Below are positions 52,555 through 64,000 of a stretch of DNA of 64,000 bases, piece by piece (position 1 is the first letter of the stretch; each line of letters starts with the position of its first letter). The DNA is from Octopus bimaculoides (Eukaryota), in the NCBI RefSeq assembly GCF_001194135.2, contig NC_068992.1, positions 57,019,025-57,083,024 on the forward strand, given 5' to 3'. Made by a program: the position numbers and the translations under genes. Below the pieces are notes generated by a model. The model saw nothing but the letters and a program-made list of their open reading frames with translations. It was not told the origin of the DNA and did not search any database.

Positions 52555-52965
52555 TTCAAGATTCATTGATCAAACTCTGGCTTGAGAGGGTCGCTACTGG
52601 AAAGCTATATGTGTGTCAGCAGGACTCGGTTCCTTGCCATATCGCCATAAAGTATCGGAAATGGTTGTCTGAATATTTATACGACTTCAAGTTCTACCCT
52701 CATAATTTCCCCGATTGTAAATCCTATGGATGTTTGAGTCGTGTTTGAGAAAGGCACTTACAGTTTGGCCGGAAACACCAAGGCCGAGGTTGTGGCCAAG
52801 ATCAAAAAGGGGCTCCAAGATATCCCAATATCCCCAGCGACGTTATGAAGAACGCATGGTCCAGGGACCGAAGCCGTTTTGAGGTAATGCGGTGGAAACT
52901 GAGGGCGGCTACTTTGAGTAAACCGTTATTTCCTAGCCTTAATCAAGATGATAGTTCTTGAATTT
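52555..52965 (+). mobile_element. DD37D/maT-like transposon remnant
   Basis: WLERVATGKLYVCQQDSVPCHI...FPDCKS...ETEGGYFE*. Confidence 0.8.
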
Positions 52966-53068
52966 TTTTAAATATATAATTCTTAATGTAACCAAGAAAT
53001 TTGTTTTGCTGCACGTAGAGTTGCATTAAGTAATAAGTTAAAATGGATATATATATATTTAGATATAT

Positions 53069-53112
<44 letters not shown>

Positions 53113-53689
53113 GTATACATTTATATGTGCGTGAATGTGTGTGCGTGTGTGTGTGTAAGAAATACTTAATTCACTATTAGCGCATAAAATGCTAAATATA
53201 CTTTAAATAATACGTGTATGTTTAGGAAAAGATATTAGATCAGTCCAAAATTTCATTTTAATTATTTCTACAAGAAACAGAGATCAATTATACATGTGAT
53301 CGACTTCAACGAAACAGATTTCAAGATACCTGAGGAAGTAGCTATGGAAAGAAATCTTTAATTAGATGCTTAATATCACATAAGGCTATAAGTATATTTA
53401 AAGATACTAATCGGCGAGTGTAGAGATGAAATCTACGAAGAAAAAAATAGAATATAGTGATCTTATAATTAATTTGTCTAATGTTACAGGCAGTAAATAC
53501 AAGATTAGAAGCCATAGGCGTTGTGTAAAATACAACGTTAATACATAAAGAAAGCTATTTTTAATCATTTCGTTAAATGCAAAAACATAATTTCGCTAAG
53601 TAAATATCTGTTAAATTTTCCTACTCAGCAAAATGTTATTATCATTTTCATTATGATTATTATCATTACAACTGTTACTACCACTACAA

Positions 53690-53734
53690 CAATAACAATA
53701 ACAACATCAACAGCAACAATTACTGCTACTACTG

Positions 53735-53773
<39 letters not shown>

Positions 53774-53923
53774 TTGGAAAATAAAACGTAAATGCATAGC
53801 AAACGATATTTTTAAACAATTCATTTAATTTTCTGAATTTTTATTAGTTTTTATTCTTCCTTGAAATCTAATAACAAATCCACACAATAAAAATAATAGT
53901 AATAATAATAATAATAACAGCAA

Positions 53924-53996
<73 letters not shown>

Positions 53997-54005
53997 ACTA
54001 CTACA
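53690..54005 (+). repeat. Compound (AAC)/(ACT)n and (AAT)/(ACT)/(GCT)n microsatellites
   Basis: Direct inspection; these produce the poly-V and poly-S ORFs. Confidence 0.9.
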
Positions 54006-54039
54006 CATAGATTCAACAATAAAGGCAGCAATTGACAAC

Positions 54040-54330
54040 GGCGATAGAATGCTGTCCAAAGACAAGGCTTGACAGAGAGGAAGTGAGTCTAAGTAAAAGG
54101 CAACAATGGCTCAAATAGCTTTGGACGAAAAACCGAAACGGAAGGACTGATGCTCGCTGCACAAGACCAATGCCTGACTACAGGCCCCAACACCAAATGT
54201 AGAATGTGAAACCAGCAGAATGAGACAGTTGACCACAACATCTCTAGCTGCCGAGTCCTTGCCAAGTCTGGATATATATACAGACACGACAGAGTAAGCA
54301 GTTATATCCACTGGACACTCAGTTTTAAAC
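54040..54330 (+). mobile_element. R4/Dong-like LINE C-terminal (CCHC zinc-knuckle) fragment
   Basis: EGLMLAAQDQCLTT...KCRM*NQQNETVDHNISSCRVLAKSGYIYRHDRVSSYIHWTL. Confidence 0.85.
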
Positions 54331-54545
54331 AAATTTGGTTAACTAAATCTAATAATCAGATACCAGAAAATGTAAGTAGAACACTCATCGGAGTTAATTC
54401 CTCATGTATGATAAGAAGATGCAAATATCATTTAGAAGTAATTTGAGAAGAAAATATTTATGAGTATGTCTAGATATGCAACTATATACATGAGAATACA
54501 TACATAAAACATGCAAATCTGCACATACATACATACATACATACA

Positions 54546-54576
<31 letters not shown>

Positions 54577-54579
54577 GTT

Positions 54580-54815
54580 GGTGGGTGCTGAAAATTCCTT
54601 GGCTTTGCGTGGTGCTGAAAAGTTACTGGCTTTGGCGGGTACTGAAGAGTTCTTGACTAGGGATAAAACAAAAAACACAGGAGTCCCCTCTCAGATTTAC
54701 ATACATATTGCGGCAGTCATTCGATTTTTTTAAGCCATGTAAAACAAAACGGAATTTTTGGCTTCTAGCCAGGCCTTTCCCGATACCCTTACAGCCAGGA
54801 ACTTTCAGTACTCCT
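54580..54815. mobile_element. Mariner-type MITE with a triplicated left TIR
   Basis: Three 27-bp units GGGTGCTGAAAAGTT.CTGGCTTT (54580, 54607, 54634); right arm CAGCCAGGAACTTTCAGTACTCC is their reverse complement. Confidence 0.8.
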
Positions 54816-55242
54816 TTTTATATATTGGCTTGTGAAATTAAGATAATTGCTGCACATACAGTAACTTGATGTAATCACTAGGCTAAAACAGTTCAAACTT
54901 CGGGCGCGGCGTCCCCGTATTACAAGAGTTTATCTGACTGTCGTATGAAATATCTACTGGACCAGGCCTTTGATTTGACATGCTCACGTGGCTATCAAGC
55001 ATTAGGGAACTTCCCCAAAATTTCGTTTATTGCACCGTGTGACCACCATTAAGTCAATCAATCTGAACATTAACTGATAGCAATCACAACGTCATTATCT
55101 GTATAAAAACGAACGAATTCGGAGACAACTTCCAGAAACGATGCAGTTTATTAAACATCTCCACAAACATATAAACTGTTAAGAGTTGATATTAGACCTT
55201 GATGTAAATATGTACGTATGTATGTATGTACGTCTACATAAG

Positions 55243-55310
<68 letters not shown>

Positions 55311-55487
55311 GTCGGAGCCTCCGTTAGATTCCATTATGGAAATTTCAATACAAAGATATCGGTCATTTTCGTGACCTTATATTAGAAGTCACGTGAGTAG
55401 AGTCTCACATACTACAATCTAATTTGGATCCAGGAGGCTATGCAGCAAATTTCTAAACTTCAGTGGTTAGCTTTTACACGTATAACT

Positions 55488-55702
55488 CTTCTCTTTTACT
55501 TGCTCCAGTCATTTGATAGCGGCCTTGCTGGAGCACTACCTTGAAGACGCTTTAGTCGAACATGTCCACCACAGTACTCATTTTTTTAAAGTCTGGTTCT
55601 TACTCTATCGGCCTCTTTCTCTGAACCGCTAATCTCGAGTACGTAAATAAACGAATACCAGTTGTCAAGTGGTCTTGGGTGTACAAAGACAGAGCCACGT
55701 TG

Positions 55703-55734
<32 letters not shown>

Positions 55735-55761
55735 ATATATATGTGTATATATATGTGTATA

Positions 55762-55854
<93 letters not shown>

Positions 55855-56022
55855 GACGCACTTCTTCACCCTTTCCGTCTACCAAATTCACTCACAAGTC
55901 GTTGGCCAGCCCAAGGCTGTAGGAGATGTTTGCCCAAGGAGCCGCAAAAGAAGTCTGAACCCTAAGTCACATCTTTGCAAAGCTACCCTCTTAACCAACC
56001 ATAAAGCCATGCCAGCGCCTAC
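55488..56022 (-). mobile_element. SINE family A, full-length with an expanded internal (TA)n
   Basis: Tail CTCTTTTACTTG..CAGTCATTTGA..GCGGCC..GCTGGAGCAC and head ...TTTCCGTCTACCAAATTCACTCACAAG...GCCATGCCAGCGCCT around a ~150-bp TA-rich tract. Confidence 0.9.
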
Positions 56023-57413
56023 GTAACAATGTAAAGTGTTAAAGCTATTATGATCCAACTTCGAAGTTATACGTTCGGAAACACACTGTTAACTGTAAAT
56101 TTCCTTTATATTTTTTAGTTAACAGAATGTATTAGCTACTTTGTAAATTGCCTGACACATCGAAGTGCAAGAAACTGTGTTAATTAAATTCTTCAGTGAT
56201 ATGATCTTTATCTTGTTATTCTTTTACTGATATATTCTTAATGAGCTGTTAGAAATTCAAATAGATAAGATCACATCAATACGCTGTTAGTGAAATGTAA
56301 TCGTCGAAACATTATAGCGTCACGTCGGCCATTTTCGATCATCTCTTTAGTTATTCCGTTTCGTTAAAGAGGAAAACATTACCTGAGATATATCTCCTTT
56401 TATATACATTGTTTGTATCGCTGTTCGTTTCAACACTTATGATGTTTTGTATTGTAGTTTCATTGTCTTCCTTAATGCTTGAATGATTTAACAGTTGTTC
56501 AATGTTAAATACAGCAAATATTATGAATATGTGTGTGCGAGTGAGAAAGAGAGAGAGAGACAGAAAAAAAAAGTAGCGTAGTGGTTTGGGTGTTGTACTT
56601 GCAATTGCGTCGTGTTCATGAGCCAGACACTTAATTTCAGGATGCTCTAATATCACTTTGAAATCTCACGTGTGGTACACTGCACACCACTACAGTCCAT
56701 GTTGATTTCATGCAGGGGTAAGATAATTCGTGACACAAACATTTGATCACGATAAACAAATCACATGTGCACGTTGTCCAGTTAGAAATTGCAGAGAGCT
56801 CATCTGTTGTCCATAGCAGAAGAGTCCAAAGTATATACATACATGTGTATATGTGTATGTATGTATGTATGTATGTATGTATGTATGTATGTATGTATGT
56901 ATGTATGCATGTATGCATGTATGTATGCATGGATGGATGGATGGATGAATGGCTGGCTGGCTGGCTGGCTGGATGGATGGATGGATGGATGTGTGTGCGT
57001 ACATATATGTGTGTATGTGTATGTATGCATACATAGTTTAAATAAGTATAAGGGAAAAACAGTTTCATTTTATGTATTATATACATGAAAATAAAAGTAC
57101 AAAAATACGTTTCCATGTAACAAATGGATGTGTATCATGATCTACGGAAAATATGTCACACACACACACACTCACACACACACAAATATATATATGAAAG
57201 GATAGTGGACATGTTCCAACAACACAAGAAAAAGCATTGCTGGACTGACTTCAGCTCGAACTTAAAACCTGGCTAATGCGATGTGAACGTCTTAACTGCA
57301 CTAACTTATGGTGGTGATCTTACCAGCTTCGAGGAAGCAAAAGGAAACAAATTACAGAGAAGTAAAATGTTCCATCAAAATTATATAATACGATAAAAAA
57401 AGATAGATAGAAC

Positions 57414-57474
<61 letters not shown>

Positions 57475-57898
57475 ACATGGCGCGGAGCACTTTAAATATT
57501 TACAGTAACGGAAAATGCCTAAGGCTTTATAAATTTCCATAAATAGATTATAGGAAATTCAATAGCCGCTTTTTATGTGTAATTGCAAATCATTGAATAT
57601 ATTTTATATAAATATGTTGTACATATTTCCCTACAATACACGTTGTAGCTCTAAACATATGAACGCACGTGGTAACCTTTAAGAATATTCTATTTCGAGG
57701 AACTCTTACCCAAAACGTATGTGTGTTGGGGGTGGTGGACGCTGTATATATATGTGTGTGTGTGTATGTGTGTGTGTGTATGTGTGTGTGTGCGTGTGTG
57801 TGTGTGTGTGTGCGTGTGTTTTTCTGTATGTGTTTGTATGTGTGTGTATGTATATATATATATTTATGTATATATAGATATGTGTGTGTGTGTGAATA

Positions 57899-57949
<51 letters not shown>

Positions 57950-57997
57950 NNNNNNNNNNNNNNNNNNNNNNNNNNNNNNNNNNNNNNNNNNNNNNNN

Positions 57998-58059
<62 letters not shown>

Positions 58060-58449
58060 CATATATTGGATATATTTACATATCATATTGGATATGTGTG
58101 TGCTTCTGTGTGTATACGTATATGCGTATATGTAGACAATTCAACGCAGCTGCATACAGTAATATAATTCACATAGTCTTGTTATATACGCTGTGCACGT
58201 ATTGTGCATCTATTAAATGCAATATAAAAAATGTAAACAAGCAAACAGCCAAATGCGTTTGTTTACAACATATTTCCAGAAGGAATAAGAAGTTTAGACT
58301 ATACCACAAATACACCCACGCCAACACACACATAGACACATAGACACAAAGACACACACACCCTTACTCATACATACATACACACACATATACCTATATA
58401 TTTATGTATATAAATTTTATATATACACACACGCACACACACACACACA

Positions 58450-58493
<44 letters not shown>

Positions 58494-59239
58494 NNNNNNN
58501 NNNNNNNNNNNNNNNNNNNNNNNNNNNNNNNNNNNNNNNNNNNNNNNNNNNNNNNNNNNNNNNNNNNNNNNNNNNNNNNNNNNNNNNNNNNNNNNNNNNN
58601 NNNNNNNNNNNNNNNNNNNNNNNNNNNNNNNNNNNNNNNNNNNNNNNNNNNNNNNNNNNNNNNNNNNNNNNNNNNNNNNNNNNNNNNNNNNNNNNNNNNN
58701 NNNNNNNNNNNNNNNNNNNNNNNNNNNNNNNNNNNNNNNNNNNNNNNNNNNNNNNNNNNNNNNNNNNNNNNNNNNNNNNNNNNNNNNNNNNNNNNNNNNN
58801 NNNNNNNNNNNNNNNNNNNNNNNNNNNNNNNNNNNNNNNNNNNNNNNNNNNNNNNNNNNNNNNNNNNNNNNNNNNNNNNNNNNNNNNNNNNNNNNNNNNN
58901 NNNNNNNNNNNNNNNNNNNNNNNNNNNNNNNNNNNNNNNNNNNNNNNNNNNNNNNNNNNNNNNNNNNNNNNNNNNNNNNNNNNNNNNNNNNNNNNNNNNN
59001 NNNNNNNNNNNNNNNNNNNNNNNNNNNNNNNNNNNNNNNNNNNNNNNNNNNNNNNNNNNNNNNNNNNNNNNNNNNNNNNNNNNNNNNNNNNNNNNNNNNN
59101 NNNNNNNNNNNNNNNNNNNNNNNNNNNNNNNNNNNNNNNNNNNNNNNNNNNNNNNNNNNNNNNNNNNNNNCACACACACACACACACACATATATATATA
59201 CGTTTTTATGCATGTATGTATACATTACTATGCACTCAT

Positions 59240-59520
59240 GCACATATAAACAATATGTGGTCCCAGTGACTAACTCCAAAGGATTTGCAGTTAGTCCATC
59301 TGCAAGAGCCTGTAACATGTTCGACATCAAAGGGACAGTTACTGAATGCCATACATTTGGTTATAGAGGCAGCAGAGGTTACCTGAATATGATTTTATAT
59401 CTGGTGGAAGTGGGAGCTTTTGATAGGATAGGGGTATTTAAGATAGCGTTAACTGGATAGAAGTGGGCCTTGAGCAACCCTGCCTGGGCCACATGGTTAA
59501 GAATATTAGACAATGGGAGC
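59240..59520 (+). mobile_element. Possible degraded LINE RT fragment
   Basis: ILYLVEVGAFDRI resembles the LD..KAFDRV RT motif; otherwise weak. Confidence 0.35.
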
Positions 59521-59573
59521 GACAGACTTCAATGTTTCGTTATAGTTTTCACTTTTCAGTGACGCGTACTGAA

Positions 59574-59940
59574 CAAGGCCTGCTGCAAACCATATTTGGG
59601 TATATAACTATATGCTACATGGTTTAAAAACCATCTGCTAACATGTGTCAACGTCTTATGGACTACATGCTACATGGTTTAAAAACCATCTGATCGCATG
59701 TGCCAACGTCTTATGCTACGGGAAAAAAATGGGTATATATTCTCTTATGCCTAAAACGCGTCCGGCCCACGAACTAACAATACACACACGTTGTGCATGT
59801 GTGTTCGATTTTGTCTATATACGTTGAGCTGCTCCTAATTCACATTTGAATTTATTCCGTGGCATGAAGCGTTGGGGCATGCCAGCAGATGGTTTTAAAC
59901 CATTTAGCATGTAGTCATAGTCGGCTTGCAGCAGACCTTG
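59574..59940. mobile_element. Fold-back MITE with ~80-90-bp imperfect inverted arms
   Basis: Left CAAGGCCTGCTGCAAACC...ATGCTACATGGTTTAAAAACCATCTGCT..CATG..CAACG versus right CGTTG..CATG..AGCAGATGGTTTTAAACCATTTAGCAT...GGCTTGCAGCAGACCTTG|TA. Confidence 0.8.
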
Positions 59941-60468
59941 TATCGTACGCATCATTGAAGAGCCACCACAATGACAAAACGTCGAAGTCTGTCGCTCCGA
60001 AAAGGGACCTGGTGTGAGTTGTCTCCCTCGCCCATGACTTACATTCAGGTGTTTTTTTTAACGCCAGGCGCATTGAGAATATATTCTCTTGCACATAAAA
60101 CGCAGCCAACGCACAAACTGATAACACACACCTTGTGTATGTGTGTTCGGTTGTGTTTGTGTGTGTGTCTATTAACCACATGTGGATCGTTAGTGATTTT
60201 CGTGCCTCCGTCTTCGTTTTCTCTTGGACATTCCTCCACCTCCTGCTTCTGACAACCTTTCTTTCCTTCCCTGGGCGTCTGCTAATACTTTACATGTTCC
60301 ACGTACTCGCGTTGTTGTTGTTTTTGTGTTTGTCCTACGCTTTTTAGGAGCATTTACTATATATATATATATATATATATGTGAGTGTGTGTGAATGTGT
60401 GTGTGTGTGTGTGTAAGTATGCATGTATATATGCATTATAAGTATGCATGCATGTATATAATGTGCAT

Positions 60469-60505
<37 letters not shown>

Positions 60506-60930
60506 ATCCGGTGTTTGACGATCAGGGAGCATTCAGCTGTTCTTGCACCTTCCTGCCCAGCTCCGTGTAAGCATTTCAGACACAAAAGCCTCACGTAGAT
60601 CAGGCTTAATCAGCGTGACACATTGTATGACAAGACGATACCTTCTGAATCACAGCTCCAGTCTATCTATATAGGATTCAATATATGTTTTACCTCTTCC
60701 CAATTTCTATTCACATCTATCTATCTATCTATCTATCTATTACCAGCGTATTGGGAAACGGAAGGTTATAGTATAAGAATTTTGCACCAAATGAGACGTA
60801 ATAGAATCGAACACTGAATCACGTGGTTGCGAGAATAAACCCAACCCTACTAAAACGTAATACCCGGAAGTTCATGTTCCTTTCTCCAATTTAAGATGAG
60901 CTCTTTATAATACATTGTAACCGACCCCTA

Positions 60931-61146
60931 AGGCGACGAGCTGGGAGAAACGTTAACACGCCGGGCGAAATGTTTAGCGGTATTTCGTCTGTGTTTACGT
61001 TCGGAGATCAAACAGCGCCGAGGTCAACGTTGCCTTTTATCCTTTCGGGGTCGATAAATTAAGTACCAGTTCTGTACTGGGGTAGATCTGATAGACTGGC
61101 CCCCTTCCCCAAAATTTCGGGCCTTGTGCCTAGAGTAGAAACGATT
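60931..61146 (+). mobile_element. SINE family B, near-full-length and young
   Basis: AGGCGACGAGCTGGGAGAAACGTTAACACGCCGGGCGAAATG...CCTTGTGCCTAGAGTAGAA. Confidence 0.95.
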
Positions 61147-61284
61147 ATAACCAACCCCTAGCTGTTCGGGGTACCGTGTGAACACGCTATCTTGAGAGTT
61201 TAATGCACTTAAGAGCCGAAGCTTTAGCGGAAGAATTGTCACGCGCTGAGCGGATCCAGTCATACGTGTGTGCATATGTGTATG

Positions 61285-61358
<74 letters not shown>

Positions 61359-62014
61359 TGTGTGTGTGTGTGTGTGCGGGTGTGTGTGTAAGTCAGTGTG
61401 TGTGTGCGTGTGTGTGTGTGTGTATGCATTGTGTATGTATATGTGTACACATACATGCTTACAATTATTCCTGAATGAATTTGTATATGTATGTGTGTGT
61501 GTATGTGAGTGCGTGCGCGCACGTGTGCAACGACATCTTATCAATTTTTTCATGATTCCACTAACAAAGTTGAAGGATTTGGTTTCCAAAACCAAATATA
61601 GAATCAAATAAAATTTCATTAAGCTCCATCCTTGAATCTTTCACCTTCCTTAAATTCTTTATTTTCAATTAACAGAAATCAATATTGAAAATAAGTTTTT
61701 ACCAAAATACCTTTGATGTAATTCGTTCTTTTGTGCATGAGTACCAGTGTGTGTGTGTGTGTGTGTGCATGTGTTTGTCTATGTGTGAGTGGCATCTTTT
61801 TCTTTCATTCTATATTCATCTTTATATTTATATCCAAGATAATTCCACCATATACGTATCTGATTTCTGTTCTCATTCACTGTTTGCTATTTTCTTTTGC
61901 TTCCCCTTCGTCCCCGCCACCCTACACCCTTCCACACTCTCACTATCACTCGGTCCCTTGCTGTCCACGTATGTTTGTTGCTCACCTCCATTATCTTCAT
62001 CTCTCTCATAAACA

Positions 62015-62071
<57 letters not shown>

Positions 62072-62088
62072 CATCTATCTATCTATCT

Positions 62089-62130
<42 letters not shown>

Positions 62131-62131
62131 T

Positions 62132-62973
62132 CTAGTTGATGTACCCGCTAATTCGCGGGAAAGCGGGTGCTATCCCTTGGTTCCGTTCTCATAATTGTTT
62201 CCCTAATCCAATAACAACAATACAAAGTATGTAGCCCTTAAAACGGTTTTTGTGCATTTACAGAGAATACCGAACTGTCTTACACAGGTTTTTGTTTTTA
62301 GGAATTCCCAGTAAGTTATGAATACTTAAATTGTGAAGTCAGTTATGTAATAACATGAAATTAGTTACCCGATAATAAGAATTCAAATAATGTAGCCCCG
62401 AAAAGGGCTTTAATGCGTTTCCAGAGTATATAAAACATAGGAGGAAATACTAATAAGGTATGTATACTAAAATCGTGTATAACGGGCTAATCAGATATGA
62501 GATAATAACAATTCAAAGTAAATAGCTCTGAAAAGGGTTTTTGTGCGTTTCCAGAGAATATTACCCTCGGGGGCGCTAGTATTGGTATATTCGTGAATAA
62601 GTCACTAACCTAAATAAGTGGAACTTTTGTTTAGGAAAATACTATTTACTTATTTAAGGGTTGTACTGGATAAATTGCGAAAAGAGCTCAAATACTAAGA
62701 AATAAGCATACCCGATTTCATTCTTACCAAAAAATTTAGGATGAAAGGGATAATTCCTTTGATTTTCAATATGTAATATATTAGATATATATATAAGGAT
62801 CCCTTCCAGGGGCCCTATTATCGATTTTTTCCAACAATCTGAGTATGCCATGAGGTTTCCAGACATGAGTTCTACTCACCTGTAAAGTTTCATCAGAATC
62901 GATAAAACGTTGTCGGAGGAGTTAGCTAACAACTCCACAAACACACCCACAAACAGAATTTCTTACATATGTA

Positions 62974-62975
<2 letters not shown>
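62132..62975 (+). mobile_element. Non-autonomous Helentron-associated element (HINE/DINE-1-like)
   Basis: 5' CTAG..ACCCGCT...AGCGGGT hairpin; 3' AAAGTTTCATCAGAATCGAT...GGAGTT-x7-AACTCC stem-loop, ACAAAC tract, then (TA)n; internal ~60-bp repeats x3; both ends sit in (TA)n. Confidence 0.7.
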
Positions 62976-63035
<60 letters not shown>

Positions 63036-63225
63036 ATATATTTATATATATACATATATATATATACATATACATACATACATGCATACATACATACATA
63101 CACACACAATAATCGTTACAAATCCAAACAAGCAGTAATACAGAACAAATAAAAGAAGCTGTAAATGCACAGAGTGAGTTATTTAAATTCTGAAATGTGT
63201 GTGTGTGAACATATATATATATATA

Positions 63226-63300
63226 CACCGGAGTAAGCACATAAAACGTGCAACACGGTGGAAAAATGAGTACTCAAATGCCAGAGGTAGAGTCATAAAG
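63226..63300. mobile_element. Short recurrent repeat, possibly a Penelope-like terminal fragment
   Basis: CGGAGTAAGCACATAAA.GTG.AACA.GGTGGAAAAA.GAGTACTCAAAT.CCAGAGGTAGAGT recalled as a common octopus repeat; not verifiable within this window. Confidence 0.3.
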
Positions 63301-63865
63301 AGAAAGAGGAGAGGTTGTTTGTGTATGTGCGTTAAGAGATGAGATCCAGAGATGTTCAGTACAGAAAGCACTTCTAACGCTGAAATGTTTTAAACTTACA
63401 CTCCAAAACCCTTACCGAGGACTAAGTCCGCAGGGTAAAGAATTGTTATAAGAGGAATCCAAGTAGGATGATATGAAGATAACGATGGAAATAAGCGAAA
63501 AAACAAGCATTTGCTTGATATTAAAAAAAATATACATACATGTGTACATCAAATAGAGAGAAACAAAGACTGAAAATATAGAGACGAATACATTCATGTA
63601 TACATATATAGATGTTTATAGATATTTATATATTAACAGCAGATTTACAAAGAATACGAAGGCTCTGAAAAATAATGAGAAGAGGTAAGATAATACTGGG
63701 CCAACGTAATAATGTCGGCATATGTCGGCCAATAATGTGCAACGAGCAGTAGATGCATGTATAAACATTACTCTAAATCCAGTCACCTTCCTAAGAGTGG
63801 AGCGACTGATATAAATATGTGTGTGTGTTTCAGCGTATGTGTGTGTGTTTGTATAGGTAAATACA

Positions 63866-63898
<33 letters not shown>

Positions 63899-64000
63899 TT
63901 CATACACATTATAAATGGTTTAAAAGTAACATTTCGTTTTCAACTATTTGTGACTACATTTTGACTAAATAAGATAACAACTGCTCGTAACGCTACTGTA

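Noticed and set aside
56281-56322. Second hammerhead-like motif (ACGCT...CGAAAC...AGCGT)
   Set aside because: The CUGANGA box and stems II/III are not intact.

Overview
AT-rich animal genomic DNA, intronic or intergenic, with 15 N-gaps (~7.5 kb), nearly all bordered by (TA)n/(CA)n microsatellites. The SINE families and microsatellite style look like an octopus (O. bimaculoides-type) short-read assembly; this is an inference from recalled repeat consensi. No prokaryotic features, CRISPR, rRNA or intact tRNA genes are seen, and nearly all ORF-track entries are artefacts of microsatellites, N-gaps or decayed transposons. What is well supported is transposon debris: many copies of two tRNA-headed SINE families (called A and B here), mariner and DD37D/maT remnants, a Chapaev3-like remnant, LINE fragments (RTE-like 3' end, R4/Dong-like, HERO/NeSL-like RLE, YADD-RT), a Helentron-type HINE and two MITEs. 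No host gene can be named. A set of small, splice-site-bounded, partly phase-compatible candidate exons suggests a ~50 kb minus-strand gene with an N-terminal hydrophobic segment (50.2-50.3 kb) and a GPI-signal-like last exon (10.8 kb). An alternative plus-strand C-type-lectin-like exon pair lies at 46.4/51.0 kb. Both models are speculative and need RNA-seq.
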